A stretch of DNA of 64,000 nt, from assembly GCA_965219445.1 (NCBI GenBank), contig CBDCNQ010000004.1:864001-928000 (forward strand). The letters are read 5' to 3'. The translations under genes were made by a program, and so were the position numbers. How positions within the stretch are numbered: the first letter of the stretch is position 1; each line of letters opens with the position of its first letter. Below are positions 9,825 through 20,541 of this stretch, in pieces. The stretch is from Longimicrobiales bacterium. GTDB lineage: Bacteria > Gemmatimonadota > Gemmatimonadetes > Longimicrobiales > Gaopeijiaceae. The notes under the pieces are model-generated. The model made no database searches and had not been told where the DNA came from. It saw only the letters and a program-made list of their open reading frames with translations.

Positions 9825-10781
9825 TCACAGATCCACGAGCAGGGCCGGGTCCACGTTCCCGCCGCTCACAACCGCAACGACGCCGAGCCCCTCCGACTCC
9901 ACCCGGCCGCTCCGCAACGCGGCAACCGTGGCGGCTCCGGAGAATTCGACCACCAGTCTCTGCTGCTTGAACAGGAGCGAGGCAGCGGAGCGGATCGCAT
10001 CGTCATCCACGAGCACGACTTCATCCACAAACTCGCGGACATGCTTGAAGGTCAAATCCCCGGTGCGCACCGGCACGAGGCCGTCCGCGACGGAGGCGCA
10101 ATGATCGAGCATGACCGGACCGCCGGCCTCGAGAGCCGCCGTCATGGACGCGCCGCCTGTCGGCTCCACCCCGAAGATCCGGACGTCGTGCCGCAGTCGG
10201 CGAAGGGCCGCCGCGGTTCCGCTGCACAGCCCTCCACCGCCGATGGGCACCAATACCGAGTCGAACGCATCCCAATCCTCGGCGATCTCGAGCCCCACCG
10301 TGCCGGCACCGGCGATGATCGTGGCGTCATCAAAGGGCGGGACCATCACGAGTCCCCGCTCCTTGGCGATCGACTCCGCTCTGGCCATCCGTTCAAGGGA
10401 AGTCGTTCCCTCCAGCACGACTTCGGCACCCAACCGCTGTGCCGCGTCTAGCTTGATCTGAGGCGACGTGGTCGGCATCACCACGACGGCCCGGGTTCCG
10501 TGGAGTTGAGCGGCCAACGTGACCGCCTGTGCGTGGTTTCCGGATGAGTAGGTGATCACGCCCCTCGAGCGGACGTCAACGGAGAGCCGGGAAACGTAGT
10601 TGTACGCCCCCCGAAATTTGAAGGAACCCGCCCGCTGAAGAGATTCCAGCTTGAGTCGGATGTCGGAACCCAACTCACGCGTCAATACGTCTGAAGGATA
10701 GAGCGGGGTACGCACGATGGCCGGGCGGATCCTCTCGTGCGCTTCCCTGATGGCATCCAATCCGACTAGGTCGTCACTCAC
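9825..10781 (-). CDS. PLP-dependent threonine/serine dehydratase family protein
   Basis: [29 protein letters not shown] start overlapping the gyrA end. Confidence 0.92.
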   Translation of the reverse strand: MSDDLVGLDAIREAHERIRPAIVRTPLYPSDVLTRELGSDIRLKLESLQRAGSFKFRGAYNYVSRLSVDVRSRGVITYSSGNHAQAVTLAAQLHGTRAVVVMPTTSPQIKLDAAQRLGAEVVLEGTTSLERMARAESIAKERGLVMVPPFDDATIIAGAGTVGLEIAEDWDAFDSVLVPIGGGGLCSGTAAALRRLRHDVRIFGVEPTGGASMTAALEAGGPVMLDHCASVADGLVPVRTGDLTFKHVREFVDEVVLVDDDAIRSAASLLFKQQRLVVEFSGAATVAALRSGRVESEGLGVVAVVSGGNVDPALLVDL

Positions 10782-13326
10782 CTTCCGTGTCGGGGTCCAT
10801 CCCGACCGCTTCACCGGCCACCGAGTCCACGGAGGCCCCGGCACCGTCTTCGGCCCCCCCAGACGCTGACAAAGCCACCCCCGGATCCTCCGGAATCACA
10901 CGAGCCACGTCCATGACGCTGTCGTCGGCATCGAGGTTGACGAGGCGAACACCCTGTGTCGCTCGGCCGATCACACGGATCTCCTCGATGCGTTGACGAT
11001 TGATGACCCCGTTCCGAGTGATCACCATGAGCTCGTCCTCGGGTACCACTGACTTGATCGCGACCACCTTCCCCGTCCTCTTGGTGGTCTTCAGGTTGAT
11101 CACGCCCTTCCCGCCGCGCGCCTGGAGCCGGTAGGCGTCTATCTCGGAGCGCTTTCCCATCCCCGATTCGGACACCACGAGCAACGTGGCTTTGTCACGC
11201 GCCACCACCACCATGCCGACCACGCGGTCGTCGCCACGCAGACGGATGCCTCGGACGCCCTCCGCTACCCGACCCATCGCACGAGCGTCCGACTCGTGAA
11301 AGCGGATCGCGAGGCCGTCCCGCGTCGCGAGGAGCACCTCGTCGTCTCCGCCGGTGACCTGAACATCGATCAACTCATCCCCCTCACGGATGTTGATCCC
11401 GATCAGGCCCACCGAACGCACATTTCCGTACGCCGACAGCGCGGTCTTTTTGATCTTGCCACCTCTGGTGCAAAACAAGAGGTAGCGATCGTCCGAGAAC
11501 CCCCGGACCGGAACCACCGACGCGATCTCGTCCGCGGGATCGATGTTCAGGAGGTTCACGATCGGCTTTCCGCGCGAATGCCGGCCGGCCGCCGGGATCT
11601 GCCACACCTTCAGCCAATGGCACTGACCCGACCGGGTGAAGATCATCAGGTATTCGTGAGCGGACGCCACAAAGAGGTGCTCGACCCAGTCCTCGTCCTT
11701 GGTGCCCATCCCCTGCAGCCCCCGTCCTCCACGCCTCTGGGCGCGGTAGGTGTCGACCTCGGTCCGCTTCACGTAGCCCTCGCGCGAGACCGTGATGACC
11801 ATCTCCTCATCCGCGATCAGGTCCTCGACGTTCAACGAAGAGGCGTCCCCGACGATCTCGCTCCGCCGTTCGTCTCCGTACTTCTTATCGATCGCCTCGA
11901 ACTCCTCGCAGATGATCTCCATCCTGCGATCGCGGCTCTCGAGAATCCCGCGAAGCTCCTCGACCGTAGCAAGCACCGCGGTGAGTTCCTCTTCGAGCTT
12001 CTCCATCTCCAGCCCGGTGAGCCGGGCCAACCGCATATCCAGGATCGCCTTGGCTTGCTTCTCCGACAGCTCGAAGGACTCCTGCAGACGCTCCGACGCG
12101 ATCTCGGCATCCCGTGAGCCCCGGATGATCTTGATCACCTCGTCGATATTGTCGACCGCGATCTTGAGGCCCTCGAGGATGTGCGCTCGCTCCTCGGCTC
12201 TGTTCAGATCGAAGGCCGTCCGACGCACGACCACCACGTGGCGATGATCGATGAAGTGCTGTAGCATCTGCCGGAGCGTAAGGACGCGAGGTACCCCATC
12301 GACGAGAGCCAGCAGAATCGTGCCGAACGTCGACTGCATCTGCGTGTGCTTGTACAGCCGGTTCAAGACGATCTGCGGGATGGCGTCCTTCTTGAGCTCG
12401 ATTACGATCCGGAGTCCGTCCCGGTCGGATTCGTCTCGCATGTCACGGATGTCAGTCAGCTTCTTGTCCCGCACGAGCTGGGCGATCTGCTCGATCAGGC
12501 GGGACTTGTTGACCATATATGGAATCTCCGTCACGACGATCCGTTCGGAGTTCGTATCCATCTCCTCGATCGTGGCGCGCGCGCGCATGACGATGCGGCC
12601 CCGGCCCGTTCGGTAGGCATCTTCGATGCCCGAGCGGCCACAGATGAACCCGCCCGTCGGGAAGTCGGGACCTGTCACGAGCTGCTCGAGACGCTCCTGC
12701 GGAAGCTCGGGATCGGAAATCAGCGCCGTCGCCGCCGCGAGGACCTCCCGAAGGTTGTGCGGTGGAATGTTGGTGGCCATTCCAACGGCGATTCCCGAAC
12801 TGCCGTTGACCAGCAAGTTCGGCACCTTCGCTGGAAGAACCGTCGGCTCCTCCAGTCGCCCGTCGAAGTTGGGCGTGAAGGCGACCGTCTCCTTCTCGAT
12901 GTCCTCTAGAAGCTCCCCCGCCAGGGAGGTCAGGCGGGCCTCCGTGTACCGGTATGCCGCCGCCGAATCGCCGTCGATGGACCCGAAATTCCCCTGGCCG
13001 TCGACGAGGGGATAGCGAAGCGAGAACTCCTGGACCATCCGCACCATTGAGTCGTACACGGCGGAGTCGCCGTGGGGGTGGTACTTACCGAGCACGTCCC
13101 CGACCACCGTGGCCGATTTCTTGTACCCCCGCCCCGAGCTCAGCCCGAGCTCGCTCATGGCGTACAGGATGCGCCTGTGAACCGGCTTCAGACCATCGCA
13201 TACATCGGGGAGCGCTCTCTGCACGATGACGCTCATCGAGTAGTCGATGAATGAATCGCGCATTTCGTCTTCGAGAAGGCGTTCGAGAACCTTCTCCCCA
13301 CCCAATATGAGTTCGTCGTCTGCCAT
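10774..13326 (-). CDS. gyrA: DNA gyrase subunit A
   Basis: [16 protein letters not shown] catalytic Tyr, GyrA-box QRRGGRG, pinwheel repeats. Confidence 0.98.
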   Translation of the reverse strand: MADDELILGGEKVLERLLEDEMRDSFIDYSMSVIVQRALPDVCDGLKPVHRRILYAMSELGLSSGRGYKKSATVVGDVLGKYHPHGDSAVYDSMVRMVQEFSLRYPLVDGQGNFGSIDGDSAAAYRYTEARLTSLAGELLEDIEKETVAFTPNFDGRLEEPTVLPAKVPNLLVNGSSGIAVGMATNIPPHNLREVLAAATALISDPELPQERLEQLVTGPDFPTGGFICGRSGIEDAYRTGRGRIVMRARATIEEMDTNSERIVVTEIPYMVNKSRLIEQIAQLVRDKKLTDIRDMRDESDRDGLRIVIELKKDAIPQIVLNRLYKHTQMQSTFGTILLALVDGVPRVLTLRQMLQHFIDHRHVVVVRRTAFDLNRAEERAHILEGLKIAVDNIDEVIKIIRGSRDAEIASERLQESFELSEKQAKAILDMRLARLTGLEMEKLEEELTAVLATVEELRGILESRDRRMEIICEEFEAIDKKYGDERRSEIVGDASSLNVEDLIADEEMVITVSREGYVKRTEVDTYRAQRRGGRGLQGMGTKDEDWVEHLFVASAHEYLMIFTRSGQCHWLKVWQIPAAGRHSRGKPIVNLLNIDPADEIASVVPVRGFSDDRYLLFCTRGGKIKKTALSAYGNVRSVGLIGINIREGDELIDVQVTGGDDEVLLATRDGLAIRFHESDARAMGRVAEGVRGIRLRGDDRVVGMVVVARDKATLLVVSESGMGKRSEIDAYRLQARGGKGVINLKTTKRTGKVVAIKSVVPEDELMVITRNGVINRQRIEEIRVIGRATQGVRLVNLDADDSVMDVARVIPEDPGVALSASGGAEDGAGASVDSVAGEAVGMDPDTEGE

Positions 13327-13539
13327 CAGTCAGCCTTGAAAGGAAGCCGGTGCGTCCCTGTCGATCGACCGGTCCAGGCTGAATCGGCGATAGCCTGCAT
13401 GAGGCGGGTGACGGTGACGCGGAAGGTGCCGGCAGCGAGGGCGTTGCGAGACGCAAAAAAAGCGTTGTTCGAGAGTTCGAGGGAGCGCCTCAAAGAGACT
13501 CCACGAAGGGAGGTTGCATCGGTCCTAAGTTGTTGAAAA

Positions 13540-14460
13540 CTAACGAAAAAGCAGCCCTCGAACAATTCCCGGAGAGACCGCTCGCTCTAGCCACGCACTC
13601 GTCTGCCGGGGGGTCGCCGCGTCGGTGGATAGCTCTCCTTTGATCTCATCCGCGATGGCGCCGGCCACCTCATTCTGGAGGGCCAGGACATCCGAGAAGC
13701 TTCTTTCGTAGCTGCGAGCCCGGATGTGGGTGTCACTCGCTCCGTGGATCAACTGCACTGTGATTCGGACGTCGTCGCCCGCACGAAACACCGAGCCCTC
13801 CACGACCGCCTCCACGCCGAGCTCATGCGCAATTACGGGAATGGTCTTGTCGGTCACCGCGTACTGCGCCACGGACGTCCTGGATACGACCCGAACCTCC
13901 GGAAACTGGCTCAGGCGCTCGAGCAACACCTCGTGCATGCCCGGGGCGAAGTAGTCCTGCTCGGCGTCTTCCGAAAAATCCTGTAACGGCAGGACCGCGA
14001 GAGAACGGATCGCTTCGTCCGGGTCGTAGGCCCTAGGAATGACGGATGGCCCCAGAACGCCGTTCACTGTATCGGTGCCCCGAACGGTGTTCAGAATCCA
14101 CCAGGAACCGACGCCGCCCACAGCGAGCAGCGTCACGGCCAGAAAAGCCAGACGAGGAAGAACACCGGCAGCGGTACCGGCGGGGTCGTGATCGCCCTCA
14201 CGATCGAGAGCTGCCGTCACCTGGATGCCGTCGGCTGTGATATCGAAAACCCAGGCTAGCGCCACGACGACGGGGAATCCCAGAATCGTGAAGACCACGA
14301 CGAGCTGGAGAGCCCACTCGGCCGAGAAGGCGGGTAGGACGATTTCACCGAGCTGTAACACCACGAAGGCGACGGCCGCGTAGCCCACAGCCACCCGGAA
14401 GACATGACGACGCCGAAGCTCCACCAGGAAGCACGAAAATTTGGAAGGCTGTTCACCCAT
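13540..14460 (-). CDS. Membrane protein with TolB-like/adenylate-cyclase-associated domain, apparently lacking the usual TPR tail
   Basis: ELRRRHVFR N-terminus, 3 TMs, SLAVLP, DYFAPG, SRTS, VEGSV, VRITVQLI. Confidence 0.7.
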   Translation of the reverse strand: MGEQPSKFSCFLVELRRRHVFRVAVGYAAVAFVVLQLGEIVLPAFSAEWALQLVVVFTILGFPVVVALAWVFDITADGIQVTAALDREGDHDPAGTAAGVLPRLAFLAVTLLAVGGVGSWWILNTVRGTDTVNGVLGPSVIPRAYDPDEAIRSLAVLPLQDFSEDAEQDYFAPGMHEVLLERLSQFPEVRVVSRTSVAQYAVTDKTIPVIAHELGVEAVVEGSVFRAGDDVRITVQLIHGASDTHIRARSYERSFSDVLALQNEVAGAIADEIKGELSTDAATPRQTSAWLERAVSPGIVRGLLFR

Positions 14461-14629
14461 GGTCTTCAGCCAGTCAGTCCAATGTACCGCGGATACTCGA
14501 CCTTCTCTCAACATCGCTCTGCCCTCACCCTCTTTCAAACTTTCCGACGCCTCAATCGCTAGGCGACTCTTGAATTACTAGACGAGGGACGTGCCGAAAC
14601 GGTCACATCGATTCACACGCCATAACCCT

Positions 14630-15637
14630 TCAGGCCACGGCAACGAAGTCCGTGACCTCTTTCCAGCCCGCGGATTCGAGTTCGGCCCGGATCTCCGATC
14701 GGACGCCCTCTTGGCCGACCGCCGCCACGAAGAAGCCGTCCCGATAATCGCCGATCTCGGACGGGGGTATGACGGGGGCTCCATAAATGCACTGATCGAT
14801 CTTCCGCGGATTCAAATCGACGAACGCCCGGACGGTCCCGCCCTGCTCCTGGACCTCCCGCGCGAATGCCTTCCCGATGGGACCGGCTCCCCAAACCACC
14901 ACGCCATCGCGATCCCGCACCAGCGTGGCGAGCAGGTAGTGCACCTTGCAGCGCCGAAAGGCCTCGGGCGTATATGCCTCATTCCTAACGGAAGCCCGAT
15001 CGTCTCGGATCCGCCACTGGAGCAGCACGTGATCGACCGCCGCCAGACGGGCGCCAGACCGCCACAGACGAAGCAACAGATCGTAGTCCTCCGGCCACCC
15101 CCGGTCGACGTATCCGCCCACTTCCGCCACGACACTCGTCCTCAAGAAGAAGGTAGGGTGCGCCAGCGGGCATTCGACGAACAGATTCCTTTCCACATCC
15201 TCCGGGGTGCGAATCTTGTTGATCCAGTCCTCGTACCGTCGACCCCCGTCACGGAGAGCAGCCGTAGGGAAGTACCGCACACCCGCACCGCAACCGGCCA
15301 GGTCGGGTCTCCTCTCCAGTAGCGCGAACTGTTCGGCGAACCGAACCGGCTCCGCAATGTCATCGGCGTCCATACGTGCCAGATAACGGCCACCCGCGAG
15401 CGCCCGACCCGCTTCGAGCGCGCGAACGATCCCCCCGGGGGCCTGGCGGACCAGGCTGACGCGGGAGTCTTCAGTGGCCCATGCCGAAAGGAGCAGCGCG
15501 CTCTCGTCCGTCGAGCCATCGTCCACCGCGAGCACCTCGAAGTCCTCGAAAGTCTGAGCGCGAAGCGACGCGATGCACTCGGGCAAGTACGGCGCTGCGT
15601 CGCGCACCGGGAGAAGGACCGAAATCGCCGGCGGCAT
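14630..15637 (-). CDS. Glycosyltransferase family 2 with C-terminal Rossmann-like domain (QTGAL/B3GNTL1-like)
   Basis: SVLLPV, DDGSTD, MDADD, HPT, EDY, WGAG..GK motifs. Confidence 0.9.
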   Translation of the reverse strand: MPPAISVLLPVRDAAPYLPECIASLRAQTFEDFEVLAVDDGSTDESALLLSAWATEDSRVSLVRQAPGGIVRALEAGRALAGGRYLARMDADDIAEPVRFAEQFALLERRPDLAGCGAGVRYFPTAALRDGGRRYEDWINKIRTPEDVERNLFVECPLAHPTFFLRTSVVAEVGGYVDRGWPEDYDLLLRLWRSGARLAAVDHVLLQWRIRDDRASVRNEAYTPEAFRRCKVHYLLATLVRDRDGVVVWGAGPIGKAFAREVQEQGGTVRAFVDLNPRKIDQCIYGAPVIPPSEIGDYRDGFFVAAVGQEGVRSEIRAELESAGWKEVTDFVAVA

Positions 15638-15638
15638 T

Positions 15639-18524
15639 TCAGCCCACGGCCCCGCCCGCCGCCGTGCCCAATGCCGCGCCTGCTGCCCCGACCAGCACCT
15701 CGGCGAGATACCGCCCGGTCGCGCTCTCGGGAATGGAGACCACGGCCTCCGGACGTCCCATCGCCACCACCTGTCCTCCTTGGGCGCCCGCCCCAGGCCC
15801 CAGGTCGATGACCCAGTCGGCCGCCTTGACGACTTCCAGATTGTGCTCGATCACGAGCACGGAGTTGCCTGCATCCACCAGCCGGTTCAACACCTGAAGA
15901 AGCTTCCTTATATCCTCGCCCGAAAGACCGGTCGTCGGCTCGTCCAAGATGTAGAGCTTACGTCCCTTCTTTCCGGAGGCACCCGCCAACTCGCGAGCAA
16001 TCTTGAGCCGCTGGGCCTCACCCCCGGACAGGGTGGGGGCCGGCTGCCCGAGCTTGACGTAACCGAGACCGACCTGCTGAAGCTGCCAGAGAATCCGCCC
16101 CAGCCGGGTCTGGCCGATGAAAAAACGGATCGCCTCATCGACCGTAATGTCAAGCACCTGCGCCACGTTCCGTCCCTTGAAGTGCACGTCCAGCAACTCG
16201 GAGCGGTAGCGCGTGCCGCGGCAGGCATCGCACTGGACGTAGACGTCGGCCATGAAGATCATCTCGATCTCGACGTATCCCGCCCCCTGGCATGCCTCGC
16301 ATCGGCCGCCCTTGACGTTGAATGAGAAGGCCCCCGCGCTATACCCCCGCTCGCGGGCGAGTGGCTGGGCTGCGAACAACTTCCGGACTTCATCCCACGC
16401 CTTGATGTACGTGACCGGGTTGGACCGTGGTGTTCGCCCGATCGGAGACTGATCGACTAAAACGACCTCGTCGATCATGGAGGCCCCTTCGAGGGAGCCA
16501 ACGTCGCCAATCAACTCGCCAAGGTGCTCACGGGCACTCGTCTCGCCACCCTTCAGCTCCCGCTCCAAAGCACGGTAGAGGACGTCGTGAACCAGCGTCG
16601 ACTTTCCGGACCCCGACACCCCAGTTACGACGGTCATCGCTACGAGCGGAATTTCTACATCGACACCCTCGAGGTTGTGGAGGCGCCCACCGGCGAGGCT
16701 CAGCCTGGGTCCATCCACCCGCCTTCGTTCATCAGGAACCGGAATTTCGGATCGCCCCGAGATGTACCGCCCGGTGGTGCTGTCGGCTCCGGCGAGCTCG
16801 TCGGGGGAACCCTGGAAGACGACACTGCCACCCTTCTCCCCCGAGGCGGGACCCAACTCGAGGACGTGGTCGGCTTCACGGATGGCTAGGGGGTCATGCT
16901 CGACGACCACTACGGAGTTCCCCGCATCGCGCAGTTGCCCGAGAAGCGTCAGGAGGGCCGACGTGTCTTTGGGGTGGAGCCCCACGGTCGGCTCATCGAG
17001 GACGTACAGCGTGTCCACGAGCCGAGAGCCCAGCGAGTTGGCGAGATTGATGCGCTGGGCTTCACCCCCGGAAAGGGTTCGCATCTGGCGGTCCAGAGAG
17101 ACGTATCCGAGGCCCACGTCGACGAGGAAAGCCAGGCGAGCGTGTAGTTCCCGGAGAATCGTCTCCGCGATCTGCGCCTCCATCTCACTCAACTCGAGCC
17201 CGGCGACCCATATCTGGACCCGCTCGATTGGTAGCCTGCTCACCTCGGCGATGGACCGATCGCCGATCTTGATGTTGAGCGCCCCGGGTCGAATTCGTGC
17301 ACCGCCGCAGTCGCGGCATACCTGCGGGCTCTGGTACTGACGAAGAAACACACGGATGTATTGCTTGTAGCGCTTCCGCTCCCGCCCGACCAGGAACGGG
17401 ATTACCCCCTTGAAGCCCTTTGCTCCGTAGAGGACGCTCTCCCGGAAGTCCTCGGGAAGCTCCGCCCACGGACAGTAAAGCGACGCTCCCTGGTCCAGGG
17501 TGAAGGTGCGCAGATTCGCCCGCTCACGGCGATAGCGGGGCTTGGACCAGGGATCGACCGCTCCGTCGTCGATCGAGCGGGCGGGATTCGGTACGATGAG
17601 ATCGACGTCGTAGTCCAGCGTGGCGCCGAAGCCCGTACACAGCGGGCACGAGCCGTACGGATTGTTGAAGGAGAACAGTTGCGGCGTCGCCTCGAAGAAC
17701 TCGATATCCGGGTGTTTCGGGCAACGGAAGTGCTCGGTGAACGCCAGGCGTTCGGTGACCTCGCGAGAAGGAGAGTCGCAACCCCCGCCGTGGATCAGTA
17801 CGATGGCCTCGCCCTCACCCTCGATGAAGCAGGTGCTCAGCGAGTCGGCCAGGCGATCGCGGTCCTCGGCGGAAATCGTCAGACGATCCACGACGACGAG
17901 CGCCTCCGTGGTCTCTGTGAGATCGCAGCCAACGTCCTCCACGGTGTCAGCGCCGTCCTCGCCGAGATCCACCAACACTCCACCCGCGAGGATCCGAACG
18001 AACCCCATCGCCCGAAGGTTCTCGACCACGAGCGAGTGCTTCACGCGGCCCGAAAGCTTCAAGGGAAAGGTCACCTGGATGGGGGTGCCCTCGGGCAAGG
18101 CGAGCACGCGGCCGACGGCGCTCGTCACGGAATCGGGGCGCACCTCGTCGGCACACTCCGGACAGTACGTACGACCCACCCGCGCCCAAAGCAGCCGAAG
18201 GTAGTCGTAGACCTCGGTCGCAGTTCCCACCGTGGAGCGACTCGACTTGGTGGGATTCTTCTGCTCGATGGCCACGGCGGGCGAGATCCCCTCGACCGAG
18301 TCGACATCGGGCTTCTCCATGCGCTCGAGAAACTGCTTCGCGTAGGTGGAGAGCGACTCGACGTACCGGCGCTGCCCCTCCGCGAACAGGGTGTCCAGCG
18401 CCAGCGAAGACTTACCGGATCCGGAGGGCCCGGTGATCACCGTGAGGGATCGCCTGGGTAGGTCGATGTCCAGATTCTTGAGGTTGTGCTGGCGCGCACC
18501 GCGAATGCGGATCCAATCGTCCAT
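15639..18524 (-). CDS. uvrA: Excinuclease ABC subunit A
   Basis: GARQHNLK, two GxSGSGKS Walker A, two LSGGEAQR signatures, zinc fingers. Confidence 0.97.
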   Translation of the reverse strand: MDDWIRIRGARQHNLKNLDIDLPRRSLTVITGPSGSGKSSLALDTLFAEGQRRYVESLSTYAKQFLERMEKPDVDSVEGISPAVAIEQKNPTKSSRSTVGTATEVYDYLRLLWARVGRTYCPECADEVRPDSVTSAVGRVLALPEGTPIQVTFPLKLSGRVKHSLVVENLRAMGFVRILAGGVLVDLGEDGADTVEDVGCDLTETTEALVVVDRLTISAEDRDRLADSLSTCFIEGEGEAIVLIHGGGCDSPSREVTERLAFTEHFRCPKHPDIEFFEATPQLFSFNNPYGSCPLCTGFGATLDYDVDLIVPNPARSIDDGAVDPWSKPRYRRERANLRTFTLDQGASLYCPWAELPEDFRESVLYGAKGFKGVIPFLVGRERKRYKQYIRVFLRQYQSPQVCRDCGGARIRPGALNIKIGDRSIAEVSRLPIERVQIWVAGLELSEMEAQIAETILRELHARLAFLVDVGLGYVSLDRQMRTLSGGEAQRINLANSLGSRLVDTLYVLDEPTVGLHPKDTSALLTLLGQLRDAGNSVVVVEHDPLAIREADHVLELGPASGEKGGSVVFQGSPDELAGADSTTGRYISGRSEIPVPDERRRVDGPRLSLAGGRLHNLEGVDVEIPLVAMTVVTGVSGSGKSTLVHDVLYRALERELKGGETSAREHLGELIGDVGSLEGASMIDEVVLVDQSPIGRTPRSNPVTYIKAWDEVRKLFAAQPLARERGYSAGAFSFNVKGGRCEACQGAGYVEIEMIFMADVYVQCDACRGTRYRSELLDVHFKGRNVAQVLDITVDEAIRFFIGQTRLGRILWQLQQVGLGYVKLGQPAPTLSGGEAQRLKIARELAGASGKKGRKLYILDEPTTGLSGEDIRKLLQVLNRLVDAGNSVLVIEHNLEVVKAADWVIDLGPGAGAQGGQVVAMGRPEAVVSIPESATGRYLAEVLVGAAGAALGTAAGGAVG

Positions 18525-18660
18525 GCACGAAATAGCACAGTAATCCAGGAGCCGCGCAACGGCCGCTCTTCGGAACACCCCCGCCAGCCAACGGGTAGCC
18601 CGACGCCCACGCCACCGTCGTCAGCCGTGTCGTCATCCACTCATCGAGGGAGCTCGCGAA

Positions 18661-20532
18661 GTGCCTTCACCGCAGGGCGACTTTCAGGAGGAAGAGGCGC
18701 TCGGAAAGGCGTACGATGCCCGCCTGATGAGGCGGCTGCTGCATTACCTGCGCCCGTACCGATACCAGGTCGTCTTGGCGATCATGATTCTCGTAGCCTC
18801 GTCACTTTTTCAGGTCGTCGGGCCGTGGTTGACCCAGATCGCCATCGACGACGTGATCCCGAACCGCAACACGTCCCTGCTGGCGACACTCGCTGCCGCA
18901 TACCTCGCGTCGGTCGTGGCCGCCTTTCTTCTACTCTATGCCCAGAACATCCTCACGACCTGGCTCGGCCAGCGGGTCATGTACGACCTACGTAAGGAAA
19001 TCTTCGGAAAACTCCAGCGGCTCGACCTGGGCTTCTACGACAGGAGTCCGGTGGGGCGTCTCATGACCCGCATCACGAGTGACGTCGAGACGCTGAACGA
19101 GCTCTTCAGTTCAGGGGTCGTCGCGATTTTCGGCGACCTTTTCACACTGGGCTTCATCTTCAGCGCCATGCTCTACATGGACTGGAGGCTCGCGCTGATC
19201 ACCTTCAGCGTGCTGCCGTTCGTGGTGCTCACGGCCTTCCTCTTTCGGGCCAAGCTCCGCAGCGCCTACCGCGACATCCGCGTCCGGTTGGCACGCATCA
19301 ACGCGTACCTCCACGAACGCATCACGGGGATCGTGGTGGTCAAACTCTTCAACCGGGAGAAGCACGACGCGGAGCGTCACGCTGCGATCAACCAGGACTA
19401 CCTGGAGGCCCACCTCCGGTCGATCACCTATTACGCGCTCTTCTTCCCGGTGATCGAGCTCTTCACCGCCATCGCGCTGGCGCTGATCATCTGGAGGGGG
19501 GGCGCCAACATACTCGAGGGCGTGGTGACCGTAGGCGTGCTGGCCGCCTTCATCCAATACGCCCGCCGTTTTTTCCGGCCCATCCAGGATCTCTCGGAGA
19601 AATACAACCTACTTCAGTCGGCCATGGCATCGTCCGAACGGATATTCAAGCTGATCGACCGTGAGATCGGGATCGTGGACCCACCGGATCCGGTGTCCCT
19701 GAAACGGCCGGTGCGCGGCGAGATCGAGTTCCAAGGCGTCTGGTTCGCGTACGGCAATCGTGCGGAAGAAGGGACCGAGGACGACGCCTCTGCCCGCGGC
19801 GCCCCGACCGACGGCGCTACGACCGACGGCGGAAATTGGGACTGGGTTTTGAGGGACGTCAGCTTCCGCGCCGCGCCAGGGGAGCGGCTGGCGATCGTGG
19901 GACACACCGGAGCCGGAAAGACGACGATCATCCACCTCCTCATGCGTTTTTATCAGCCGCAACGGGGCCGCATCCTACTCGACGGCGAGCTGATCGATCG
20001 GCTACGGCTGGATGAGCTTCGTGAGCACATCGGCCTGGTACTCCAGGACGTGTTCCTCTTCAGTCAGGACGTAGCCCATAACATCCGGCTCGGGGCGCAG
20101 GACATCTCAGCGGATCGTGTGCGCGAGGCGGCCGAGCGGATTGGAGCCGCACCCTTCATCGAGCGCCTGACGGATGGGTACAACCAGGAACTCGGCGAAC
20201 GCGGAGCGACCCTGTCGGTGGGGGAACGCCAGCTCGTGTCCTTCGCGCGGGCACTGGCGTTCGACCCCCGGGTCCTGGTGCTCGACGAAGCCACGAGCTC
20301 GGTTGATTCAGAGATCGAGGCCAAAATCGAGGAGGCCACCAATGCGCTTATGGCCGGTAGGACCTCCATAGTGATCGCCCACCGTCTGTCGACGGTCCTG
20401 GGGGCGGACCACATCGTGGTGTTGCACCACGGGGCGTTGTGCGAGGAGGGGACCCACGAAGAGCTGCTGGAGCATGGTGGGCTCTACGCCCGACTGCACG
20501 AGTTACAGTTCGCGAGGACACCGGCGGCGTAA
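18661..20532 (+). CDS. ABC exporter, fused permease/ATPase
   Basis: TM domain, GHTGAGKT, LSVGERQ, LDEATS, IAHRL. Confidence 0.95.
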   Translation: MPSPQGDFQEEEALGKAYDARLMRRLLHYLRPYRYQVVLAIMILVASSLFQVVGPWLTQIAIDDVIPNRNTSLLATLAAAYLASVVAAFLLLYAQNILTTWLGQRVMYDLRKEIFGKLQRLDLGFYDRSPVGRLMTRITSDVETLNELFSSGVVAIFGDLFTLGFIFSAMLYMDWRLALITFSVLPFVVLTAFLFRAKLRSAYRDIRVRLARINAYLHERITGIVVVKLFNREKHDAERHAAINQDYLEAHLRSITYYALFFPVIELFTAIALALIIWRGGANILEGVVTVGVLAAFIQYARRFFRPIQDLSEKYNLLQSAMASSERIFKLIDREIGIVDPPDPVSLKRPVRGEIEFQGVWFAYGNRAEEGTEDDASARGAPTDGATTDGGNWDWVLRDVSFRAAPGERLAIVGHTGAGKTTIIHLLMRFYQPQRGRILLDGELIDRLRLDELREHIGLVLQDVFLFSQDVAHNIRLGAQDISADRVREAAERIGAAPFIERLTDGYNQELGERGATLSVGERQLVSFARALAFDPRVLVLDEATSSVDSEIEAKIEEATNALMAGRTSIVIAHRLSTVLGADHIVVLHHGALCEEGTHEELLEHGGLYARLHELQFARTPAA

Positions 20533-20541
20533 TTGAGCCGG

